A stretch of 54,263 nucleotides of DNA, the filler included, from Bipalium vagum (taxonomy: Eukaryota): assembly GCA_037834085.1 (NCBI GenBank). It is 3 parts of 3 records of this genome, joined end to end, with 100 filler letters (N's around TTAATTAATTAA, not from the genome) between each part and the next. Parts side by side here need not be neighbours in the genome. Positions count along the whole stretch, not along the records: positions 36,691 to 54,263 come from JBBMKC010060898.1; 2 more parts are not named here. One strand, 5' to 3'. The notes under the pieces were generated by a model that saw only the letters and a program-made list of their open reading frames with translations, did no database searches and was not told the DNA's origin. Positions 38,091 through 49,900 of the stretch are shown here, piece after piece; position 1 is the first letter of the stretch, and each line of letters starts with the position of its first letter. The translations under genes and the position numbers were made by a program.

Positions 38091-39142
38091 TACATGTTTA
38101 TTGTTTTAATACATTATTTATTGATTGGTGCAATAATTTTCATCTTTCTCTGATATTATATATTTACCATTGTTGATTTTTCTTCAATCTTATTTAGAAT
38201 TTTTTAAAATAATTCATTATAAGTTCTTGTAAATCTTAAAATATGACCTATTTATTATTTCCTCATAATTACTTAAATATATACATAATAATAATAATAT
38301 TATTATTAATGTACTTTTATATTTCATTGTTTTGAAATCTCAATAAAACAAAATAGGAAATCTTTATTTTAAGGAAGAATAATCCTTAAAATTACAACAT
38401 TCAACCTTTTGAAATATAGATCTAGTTACTATTGAAGAGGTAACGATGAATATCGGGTTTTTCTGATCAATACAAAACAGTGTGGATCACGTATCACTTC
38501 CTATTGAAGAATCTTGTCATCAGCCGTGGTCGACTATCAGCCATGCAATACCTTTCCTAGACAGGAATCATCTTGGGAAAATTTCTAAACTCTACACTTA
38601 ATTTGCTTTCGTTGACGGTATCTAATCAAAACAATTTGATGATTTCTTTGGCTGTTATCGTTCCATTACGAACTGCTTTGACATGTGGATGTGAGGATTT
38701 CAAAATCAAAACTAATTTAAATAAGTTTTTATTTATTTAAAAGTTTTATTACTTAAACTAAACTATTAATATTTAATATTTAAATAATATTTTGTTTAAA
38801 TGGTTTTGTGATAGACAAATGCAGATTTTTGAAAATGAATGCTCAGGAGTTTTCAAGCGATATCAATGTCACTAACAGTGGAGATGAAATGTCTGTCGTA
38901 GAAAATGAAGAATTCGTAGCGGTTACTAAAAAGATGTTCAGAGTAACGAGTAAAATAATACAAAAGTCGATTCCACAAAGATATACATTTGAAAAAAACT
39001 TTCATTGTAAAGGGTTAATTACAAAAATTATGTTTGGTTTTATAATTAATAATAATTATAATAATAATAATTATAAGAATAATAACAATAATAATATTAT
39101 TAATAAAAATAATAAAATTTTTAAAAAATTCTAAAAGCCATA

Positions 39143-39808
39143 TGTCAAAATCTCGCAGTGGGGATTTTTATATATTAGGCTTATTGATTTTTTTGACAGT
39201 CGTGTGGACTGTAGGTTTCCATCGGACTCTATATCGACGTGGAGATAGAGTTCGATTAATGGCTATTTGGGGAAATAGCCGTATCTGAGCGTAGAGATTG
39301 GTGATCGTAGATCAATCTCTACGACTATATACGGAGATAGCTATTGCCATAAATGGCCCCAAACAAATTTTCAAAAACGATACAGGAGATTATTCGACAG
39401 AGGTATTCAAGAGGATTATAAAATCGGATAATTATGACAGATACGCAAAATAATTTATCAAGGGGACCCAGCGAGTTTTGGAATCTTTAGGCGACCTGAA
39501 AAGAGCCTAGTAGACAACCAGGGGACTCTTTGTCGCTCTTGGTGAGGTTATTTATCAATTGTTTTTTATTGTGTTTTTCTTTTTCTTAATGATTCATTGG
39601 CGATAGTTAATGTTATAATTTTAAAATTTGATTCGATTGCTTCTTTGATTATTATTCTTTGGTATTTTGCGAACAGTGGAACATGTTGACGTTGTACTTA
39701 TTAGACATTTGACTGATACTGATTTCGTGGGTGATTGAGATTTCTGTGCAGTTTTGCGTATCAATAAAGTTTTAGTGTGATTGTTTTGATTCAATTAGGG
39801 CGCGGACA
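39143..39808. repeat. Possible solo LTR / structured element with nested hairpins
   Basis: TGTC...GACA termini, an AATAAA near the 3' end, GC-richer than the flanks, and several short perfect inverted repeats at about 39215-39357. No clear TSD. Confidence 0.3.
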
Positions 39809-41249
39809 AAGTATTATTGTGAGAGTTTTGATTCCAATCGAGTTCAACTCTGTGCAGCGACAATAGAATTACAAACGCAGCACATTAAAGTGAGCATTTA
39901 TTGATATACGAGTGCAAGTTACTTTGATAGGGTATAATAGTAACAATTACAATCAACAATTGATTTATTCGACGTACACGTTTCTTCACCGCATTAAAAA
40001 CATAGGCAATAACAGAAATGAATAAATTCTCCAAACAAAGATATCTTTTGCCAAATCGTTAATAAATCGGGAATTTCATACAAAACCACGTGACAATGTG
40101 ATGAATGGTTCCGTTAAAAGGTACAGTTCGCCAGTCAAACTCAAAAGATCTTTCACTTACGCGTCTTCATTTTTGGGTCCATAAATTGATTTAAGAAAAC
40201 CTCGGTTATCCAATGGTAGAATATTTGTACAAATTAACACAATTCCAAGCTGTTGGTGGTTTCAATGTTACTGAGACCGGTTAATTACCAATACCAATGT
40301 TACTCACATTTGATTGTAATAATTAACCAAGTCTTTGCTTTTCCTCAATCTGCTAAAGATTTATGTTTCAAGTCTCGTTGAAAGCCACAGAGAAATCCAT
40401 TAAACTGTTCTCTATTCGTAACATTCCCCTATGAAACAGGTAATAAAAAACCGGAAGTGTGCACACTTCCCTTTCAAGACAAAAAATGAAAATTGTTGGA
40501 AATAAATAAAAGCAATATATTCTGCAAATTGCTGTTAAATGTGAAAATGTATGAAAAATTTAACGTTTTTCCGCTCTGAAGTGTTTCCTGATTCTTCTAA
40601 CATACTTTCAAACCGTAGATTAATTAATGTGGGAAGAATTTGTTTTCGTAAATAAATTGATTTCGTACTTTTGGAAAATTTTGTTTTAATGCTCTCAAAA
40701 TTCCTAGGAAGACTTTTTTCTGCGTTAGATCTGCTTAATACAGAAGGTCTGTATTTTTTTATCGATCTTGTCTTCGGAAATCGATGAAATATTGTTCATT
40801 TACAATTTTTTTCATTTTATTGATTTTAAATTAGAAATTAAATAAAATAATAAATGATGAATAACATTTCAATAAAAATATCAAAACAAGGACAATGACA
40901 TAACACCACCCTTCCAAAGTATGTCTGTTCAATACAGGAGTAAGACCTTTGAATTTTTTCTCTCAACAAAGTAATGATGAGCATTTTGAAATCATTTCCA
41001 CCACGAAAATGTATGGAAATTTTTTGTTAAAAAAAAATAATCTATTTAAAAAATTATTTTTTTCAATTTTCCGAATTATTTTTTTTACAAATTTAAAAAT
41101 AAAAAAATATTTAGAAAATTTATTACGACTTCGTAATATGTTATCGTGCTGTTGTGGTCGTCGATTTATATTCAAAACACAACAAAAAATCTTAAAAGAA
41201 ACTAAATTTCCACACCATGATTTTCAATTCTTTGTTTTTAATTTATAGA

Positions 41250-41480
41250 TTTAATATAATTATTTAATTTAATTGTTGACTTAATTTAATTATCGATTTA
41301 ATCTATAATTTTATGTTATTGTCGATTTAATTGATTTACTTAATTGAATCATTGATTTGATTTAATTAATTAATTTAATTATCGATTTAATTTAATCCTT
41401 TGATTCAATTATGTTTTATTTAATTAATTTAATTGTCGATTTAATCTAATAATTTTATTTTATTATCGATTTAATTGAAT
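41250..41480. repeat. Degenerate AT-rich tandem repeat (TTATCGATTTAATT-like unit)
   Basis: Recurrent TCGATTTAAT cores at short spacing. Confidence 0.6.
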
Positions 41481-42043
41481 TATTTACTATTATTAAATAA
41501 AAAGGTACACCTTTTGATCTGTTGACTCCCTTTGTCTGGAATTCTGTTGATGATAATCCTTCAGGACAAAGTTTTTATGATCCCTCAATATTCGCATTTT
41601 AATTAATGCCACCAGAGTCGATTTGAAATAGATAATTTAAACAAATGAATTTATACATTAAAGTGATTTTATAAATATGTCAATATTAAAGATGGTAAAT
41701 TAAAATGGTTCATATTTTTGCTTTATTGTTAACATAACCCTTTCGCTGTCAAAATTTTTCAAACCCCCTTTCATATTCACAGTGACTAAATTATAAGTAA
41801 AATTTTTTATAAATTCGAAATAAAAACCGTTCTTGTTCCTATTCTTCCTCCCTTAAAGACACGTCTGTAGGTTTAATTCAAAATGTACGGAACACTTAAA
41901 TATATTTTATTAAATAACAAAACGAATACAATTAACGAGGAAAAGAAATGATGAACGACGACTTGTACATTAACTGTAACGAAATTCAATACGAGATGGG
42001 GAAAAAATCAGCGATAAGATGTTATGATAACAAATTTCTTTCT

Positions 42044-42785
42044 CTATAATGGGAAAAATCGTGACCACGTCTCATTTGTTTCGTAGTCAGATGGCAAGGA
42101 ACTGTCAACATATTTTGAGAGGACGCACCTTTTCGATTCAGAAAAATAGAATGATTTGCAACTTGGACATTGAAAACATCTGAAATTAATCGATTAGAAA
42201 ATAAAAACGAGCAAAACTCAACTTTAGTCCACATTCAACTTTGGTTCGAGTAACAAATTCTGTGTAGCAGCCCTTTTGGGTGCTTTCATTGAAAATAACC
42301 ACTGGATCTTTAACATATTCTTTTGACGGCTTGGCCGTTCTTGGAGATTCATAAACGCAAATAGTTGCCAATCTTTGAAGGCAAGAAAAATCGTTTAATT
42401 TTCTTCTCATAAGACCGGTGCAATCCTCATTTTCCATGGTATTGGTCGGTTCAAATTGACGCCATTGACGAATTTCTTTGAAATTGGAACCATCTCCTTG
42501 AAGCCAATTTTCTTTAGAATTTTTTCTTTCATATAGCAGATCATTGATACTCGTCCAATACCAATGTCTGGGCTGAAGGGTGAGTCCAATATATTCAATA
42601 TCTTTTCCCTGAATCAATCTGCCAAACTCATCCTCACACGTTTCCCATGCATCACAGAAAGATGTTTCCTTTTCTTTCACAGAAAAACAGAGATTTGAGA
42701 CAAACTTGTAATTAATGGGACACGTTGATTGGACTTCATGAAACCATTGCAGTGAAAGGAAATAAATTACGGTGCCTATTTTCAT
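42044..42785 (-). CDS. Secreted C-type lectin + PAN/apple-like domain protein, 2 exons, about 232 aa
   Basis: Exons 42785-42223 and 42179-42044, separated by a 43-nt intron. Signal peptide; CTLD CPINY..LCF..AWETC..YWTSIND..WRQFEPTN..EDC..LNDFSC..TICVY; then TKVECGLK|CFQCPSCKSFYFSESKRCVL (PAN-like CxxxC...CxSF...C). Confidence 0.88.
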
Positions 42786-43919
42786 TGTTTCAAATAATTA
42801 AATTGATTTAACATAGTAAATATACCTTTCTTCATCCAATGGAAAACATCCAACGAAAAAATAATTTTATCTTATACTTATTCGTTGCATCGTAACAAAA
42901 CATATTGATTTTCGTAAATCGTTTTAAATCAAAATTAAACCCGTGTAGGAGTGTTAATAAAATTTTATAAACAATTTTTTGAAATAGAAGAAGTGATCGG
43001 TTTTATTTTAGAAATGACCCAAAAATGGAGGTCGATTAAAAAATAAAGGTTATCCAATCAAAACTCGCTTTCAAAAGCATGTGATGTAATGACAATGTGT
43101 AATACTGTGAGATCATTAATTAAAAAATTAAACACTAGAAGACTTACTTAAAGAAAGTTTTCGAATCCGTTCCTATGTCTTTAAGGCTTGCATCAAACTT
43201 TTTCTAACAGAAAAAGGTCTTATATTCGTAACTGAAAATGTTGGTAAATGAATACAAGTCGGTCAATACCGATCCATCATTGGTTTCATTTTCATCAGAT
43301 GGTTCCGATTTCGATCTCCTGATTTAAAATTTATTTTTTTATTTTTATTATTATTGTTTATTTCCGTTTTAATCTGTAAATCAATACTGTTTGAGTTGTG
43401 TTTTTTTGGTAGTAGTGTCAGTTCCGAATTTTTGAATGATTATCACAAATATGCTTTTAGTACTCGTGTTTGATACGCCATCTTTGAAATATGTCCCGTG
43501 TCATGCAAGCATTTGGGCTAGGACTATAAATAGGATCAATGTCACTTAGATTTACATTACCGAAACACATAGGCTTCTTGTGTTGACCTGTTATCAGAAG
43601 GTTATATTTCACACCTTCAATATTACAGCAGGATCAAAGAGTTAGACAATTCTTTCTTACTTTGGAAACTTTGTATAAGTCGTAAGAAGTAATCAATGTT
43701 TTTTGGGAGTGGTTCGAAGACGTTTCGTCACAATAACAAATGTTCGAGTCACCTTGTCTTATTATTTTATAAAGTTTAAATGTATTGTTAAAACTTCATT
43801 TACCAGTCTTTAGAAGCTTTGAAATCTTTCAACTTCAAGATAATCGTTTTGATTATAATCAATAATATTGGAAATATTTTACTCTTAATCGTTGAGATAG
43901 ATTGATTATTTAAAAATAA

Positions 43920-45400
43920 TGACAACTTTGAAAAAATGAATTTCCAACACAGAAACACGAACATCTACTTAGGAAAGTGGGTCAGAATGGAAAGAACAAA
44001 GAGAACGAAGTGCATCATACCGGAACAGACCTAGCAACCATAGCCATCGATCATATTAACACGACAACGAGGGAGACAAACAAAAAAGAAACATCAAGAA
44101 ATCATCAGTAAAAGAAAGACAGAGCCAAAATCAAAAACCTAAATAAAGCTATGCCAATAGAATTGCTGTCCATCCAGTTGCAACTGAAAGAAGAAGTATA
44201 AAATGAACATCATCATCAACAAATTTGTAGAAACCATTGTGAATAGCAGAGAAAAAAGTAATTATGCTTTTATTAAGCTGGAAAATCACTCCACAATGTT
44301 TTACCATAAAACAGAAATTAAATGAAGAGTCCAAAGGAAAAATATCTGTTTCAAAAATGAGTTTAAAGTCAGAATTGACGTTGACAAAAGAAGAAGCGGA
44401 AGATATAAGGCCGTAGACATTAACATGAAAAATGGTCAAAACTTCAAAGATCACCAAGCCTTCAAGAACGCAAAGTGCAACTTTTTACCTCTCTTAACTT
44501 GATGTACGACAAACAGACTTAAATCATTCAATTAAAGAGCTTGTAATCAACGATTCGAAATTAGACAATCCTGTTGATCTGACGAATGAAAAAAATAAAG
44601 AAATATTAATAGTAAAGATGAAATATGTTCAGTGTGCAACAACCTGAAAAGTATCACACTTGTCAAAATTATCGATCAACACATTGACCTGTGGTCGAAT
44701 TGTCTGAAAAAATTTGCAAAACATTCCATATGTGACACGCAGTTTTTTGATGACAGAAAACCAATCGAGTATTAGACTATTTTGGAACTAATTAGTCTTA
44801 CTGCTAGCTGTACTCAAGCAGCGAAGTCCACTTCGACAGAAAATACCTTCACTAATTTGAAAACTTTGAAAATGTGTGCCTACACCAGTCTCATCAGCCA
44901 ACTAATAAATATAACCAAACTGGTGTAGATAGCACAAAGATTTCATGTCAGAATCCTTTCTCCGTAAGTTATCAATCTTGGTTCACTGACTCAGGTATCC
45001 TCTGTTATTTGACCATGTAATTAAATTGTGAGGACCATTATACTCTGAATTCGTACATTGGTTTGATTCTGGCTTCATCTGATCAACTTGACAACTTGAG
45101 ACGCATACCAGAACCGCATTCAGCCGTGACCATATACTGTCCTCTCAATATTACAACCAGCATTGGGTTCTATTTATCTATCAGACTTCCTGGAAATCCA
45201 ATTTAGACCGGATATAATCTTTAAATTGACGAAGATTCTTAATTTAAGCCTTAACAGTATATTCAATGTGTAAAAAATGTTTCCTCATACCCACCAATCA
45301 AACGCCAAGATAATAATGACTGTGGACCTTTCAGGCTTCCTAGTCCTTCACTTTTAAAGCGGAATATATGCGCCAAATCAGAAAAAAGGTTGTTCACTGT
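43920..45400 (+). pseudogene. Decayed ORF with a Ulp1/C48 cysteine-protease remnant (probably transposon-derived, e.g. NeSL-like non-LTR 5' region)
   Basis: SWFTDSGILCYL (WLxDxxI), TIYCPLNI / NQHWVLFIY (PxN..HW) and KRQDNNDCGPF (QxxxxDCG) at about 44975-45335. Upstream Cys-rich fragment EICSVCNN. Multiple stops and frameshifts; the 5' boundary is uncertain. Confidence 0.6.
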
Positions 45401-46934
45401 CAAGCCGTAAATGATAAAATATGTAATTTTAGCTGCTTCGGAAACAAAATAAACGTTTTATATATTTTTCTACCATTTGCATCGGGTACTTAATATTCTA
45501 ACATCAACATTTTTCGACATTTCCTGTGTCAGCTAATATTCTGTAACTGTGTGAAATCCTAGGAAATGTTTAAAAAACATTACTGCGTGACAAAAAATGT
45601 TGTATCAGTTTAATTTTTAAGTTCTGGAACAGAACATATTTTTCGAATATCTTGAATGACTTAGTTGTATTAGGTATCCAAATAAGTTCTTTTCAATTTA
45701 GAATACATTTCCCACTTTTCATTGGATGTCAATATTCCATGAAAAAATGACTCTGTTTTTAAGATTGGAAAAGCATATTGTCAGTTGTTGGAATCTTTGG
45801 ATTTTTGGTTACTTGGTAGATTGAAATTCATTCTCGTGAGCATAAATATGAAAGTTGAGATTTGCCTGGAAGAGTCATATATCAGTATATGAAAAATGTA
45901 CCTAAAGAGGTCTTTGCTCCTGTACTACGAACAAACCCTGTTTAAAAATGTATAAATACTGCTGGGAACTATTTTGAACAAATACAATAGCTGTTTTAAT
46001 TGTGCTGTTTTACTAACTTTAGGTAAGTGCGTTCTCTCGAACGACTCTCGTATAGAGACAAGTTGTTTATTATATTGATTTTAAAGTTTTAGATGACTGT
46101 CTGTGTATTTTGATGTAATTTTAATTTTTAATGACATTGTCCATTTAAAAATGAAGACAAAGTTATCTGTTGGCGTAAATTAAGGACCTCATTAAATCAT
46201 TGTTAACATTTGAAGTTTTGAAAAAATCAATTTGTGAAATTTTCTTCATGAACAACACAAAGAACAATAGGATTGTATCTTTTCTGTTATATTTTATTTT
46301 AGCGAGACAATCATATTAGTACATAGTAATAAAAGTAATCCTAAGGTTGAGACAAGTTACCAATGAAATACCTTAAAATTAAGTGACATCAGATAAAAAA
46401 TGAACTTGTTCTTACACAACAGTGAGGTTCCAGTGATTTAAAAATAAATATTAAAAAAATTGTAACTGAGATCGAGAATAAACCAAAAATTTTATCAAAT
46501 TAATTTTAAATTCAGTTTTTACCCAGTCTTAATGATTTTTTTTCAATAGATAATCAATAGCCAAATAAAATTAATTTAATTTATCAATTAATGATATTTA
46601 TAAAATGTATTGATTATTGCAAAATTATAGCTTTTTTCTTTCACCAAGAAAAGCGTTTTAAGAAAAATTGAAAATATTATTTAGCTACCATTTACACAAA
46701 TTTAACTTAACCTAGTATTTTGTTTTACTGCACAAATTTACAATAATGTTGATATTTGTAAAGGACCATCTTTCAATTTAAAATTAAAACTCTCTTTGTA
46801 ATATTGTTGAAAACGTTAACCTGTATTTGTTTCCCAATAATATTTGTTATCTTTTGTCATTAAATGCACTTCCATTAATCCCGAAATTTTATTCGTTCTT
46901 ATTTTGAATATTTCCAAACTATTTTAGCTACTTG

Positions 46935-49900
46935 ATGGAAATTGAAGTTCTCGATTTAAGTCAAAAGCCGATCTGCTTGAATGAAACCGATTTATCAACA
47001 GCAATGGATCTGTCACAGAAAATGCATCCTCAGGTGACTATTTAGTGGTGATAAATTGTTGATTGTCACTTGAAATGCTCCAGAGTTCCGGTGAAATATG
47101 TCTGAGCGAAGATGATGACGAAAGTATTAATCAACTGCTGAACAAGCTGAATATAGAAAACCCTTGTGCAAAGACTGTCGAGGCCTGTCAGCTGTTGTTG
47201 CATCAGTTAAACGAGAAGCTGAGAAATGAAGAAACAATGGAGATCTTGTTGAGTCAGATGAAATATACGCAAACAAAGCTGTCTCCGTTGACGACATCGA
47301 CTAGCATCACAACAGGCATCCAGAACGGCCATTCAACTCCTTTGCCAGTGATCAGTACAACCAATACTATTAATTCCACTGTTAACCATGGATCATTGAA
47401 TCGGAATGCGGGGGTGGAGAATGGCCTGGTCAGCTCTCCAGGCCACCAGACCGACGGAATAATTGTCACAGCCAATCGCACGTTTGCTCATGTCACGTCA
47501 GCCAGCGGAAGCTCAAGTGTAACGAAGACGGAATCCAACAAAACGTCACAGAGCAACGCTGGGCTTGCCTCGATCAACAGTGGACCGAGGATGACGAAAG
47601 AAATGGCCATGCAAGCTCTGGACCAACAGTACCTAGCCCGAAAGGCACTCCTGCGCAAGCAAGCTGACAAAGCGCTGTCCGAAGTGCCGCTGGCTCGACA
47701 GCCACAGGGAGCACTGACTCAACCAGACCTCAATTTTATCCCCAGTATAAACACAAACGAATTTGTCGCTCTTGTTGGTCTGGAAGAGGTGGTAAAGAAC
47801 CTTCAGGTGAGTGTTTGTCGCTGTTTGCCCTCACTGTATGTCACCGGAGAGTTATCAACGGTTTTATCCACTCCATCGATTTATCGATTTTCTATATTCG
47901 CCCTTACCAGTTTTGTTGTGGAAACGACAACAAAACCTCGTTGCTCTTGGCCACTGTTATCTTTCCGGACCCGTTCTTTTTTTGCACATAATCCCCACGT
48001 TTTGCAGCGCTCAGCGGTCGTAACGAGAAACGGATACTGCTACCGGAATGATTGACAGCTCCAAACAACGTGCTGGCAACAGCTTCCCCACCCTTTCTTC
48101 TTTTGTTGTCGCTTACCATGTGGAATTTCGACTCGCCTCCTTTGTTGTTTTGCTAAATCCATTGCTGAAATGGATGCAGTGATACTGCCTCTCCCTTTCG
48201 GATTCAGCCTCGTCCGTGACAGAGGAGTCGTGTCTCTTTGTTTCGCTACGTGTCCGACTTTGAATGGCTCCGGAGCAACCATGGACGATGAGGGGCAATA
48301 GAATGCCTCAATTGCCATGACAATTATGCTATAATACATTAAACATGGATTAACTTTCAAAGGCTTTTTCATTTTTTATGATTAATATGAAAATATTATA
48401 AACAATTAATAATAATAATATTAATAAAATTGAGTGATTAAAGATTTTTATTAATCGATCTTTGAACCCTCTCTAAGCAAGCAGAAGTCGATTTTATTTG
48501 TTGTGAAGAGTGTCTCCGTCGTTGTTTGGTTTGGTTGGGTGACCATGTCACACTTTTTTCCATTTAGGAATACCGGAACGCTGCTCTGGGCTACAGCACG
48601 AACGAAGTGCACATGGTCTTCACCCCGTTCAACTGTGTGCAGTGTGGCACGGACTTCACGCCGCTCTGGAAGCGCGAGCGGCCCGGCAGCAGCAAAGTCG
48701 TTTGTGAGTCGTGCTGTGGCGAAAACTACCACCGCGCGCTCCAGAGCGACTACCAAGAAAAGATTCGGCTTGTTCTCAAGAAATATCAAGACCAGGTTGG
48801 TGAATGCCTCCCCCTTTATTGTCCCGTTATGCTGAAATTCCGGAGCGACGATGACGTCCTCCACATTTCTCCAATAATAACGTTAAATAATAATAATCAA
48901 AATTTTAATAATACTGATTATATATACTACTAAAAAGTAATCATAATATTATTAAATTATTACTAATATTAATTAGTAATTAAATAATAATAGTAATAAA
49001 ATAAAAAAATATTAATAAGTTATAATAACATTAGTAATATTTTATTAAAATTATTAATAGTATTATATTATTATAATAATATTAATAATAAATAATTATA
49101 ATTAATAATTTAGAATACTAATAAAAAAAACTATAAAATATAATAATAAATAATATTCATATTATTAATAAAATTACTAACAATAAATTTAATTATGTTA
49201 AGAAAAATAAATTATTCGGTTCCCCCACTGTTTTATATTAAAATGTCAATGTCAAATAATCAATATTTCAATTTTATAATTTTTATCGATTTCTTAAAGA
49301 AAATTGAAAGCTTTTCAAAGCATTGTGTCAAAGTTTCTTACGACTCCTTGGTTGAGTTTTTACTACCATTGATGACCTTGGTTTACCCAATACCCTTTGG
49401 TAGATGATCAAAGGTTCATAAATACTCACTTACTGATGGTAGGGTCTCACCATATGTTTTGACTCCACAACGTTTTCATTCGAGGTATGCGGCCGTAAAT
49501 AAATTAAAAATGAGTGGGTTGCAGCTTCACAGAAACGATCTATTGATGTAAAATGAAACAATTATCATCTGCGCCTACCGCTGGTCTCAATGATATTCAA
49601 ATGATAAACAATAAACAAGTCTGTTTCACCCGACTCTCTTCATGTGCAGACTGAAAAGTGCTCAGTTCAATCCTTTGCACCATTGTTTACTTATAATTTA
49701 AGTCATACTTGTGGTAATTGTAGTGGTAATGATAATAAACTGAGTACCTCTGTGAGTGACAGTGTCCAAACAATTTGGTTTTCCTCTTTGACGTTCCATT
49801 CATTTGAGCGCAGATCTATCTTCTGTCTCACTTAAAATGCATCCTATCAGTGAAGAAATGACTGCTGTTATAATTTCCCTTTGGACACTGAGATGAAAAA

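Noticed and set aside
38400-39134. ORF 38808-39134 and adjacent complex sequence as a gene
   Set aside because: No recognisable domain, and it runs into an AAT repeat; it may be old transposon debris.
28507-42785. RLR + C-type lectin as an immune gene cluster or novel system
   Set aside because: They are separated by an artificial gap, so physical linkage is not established.
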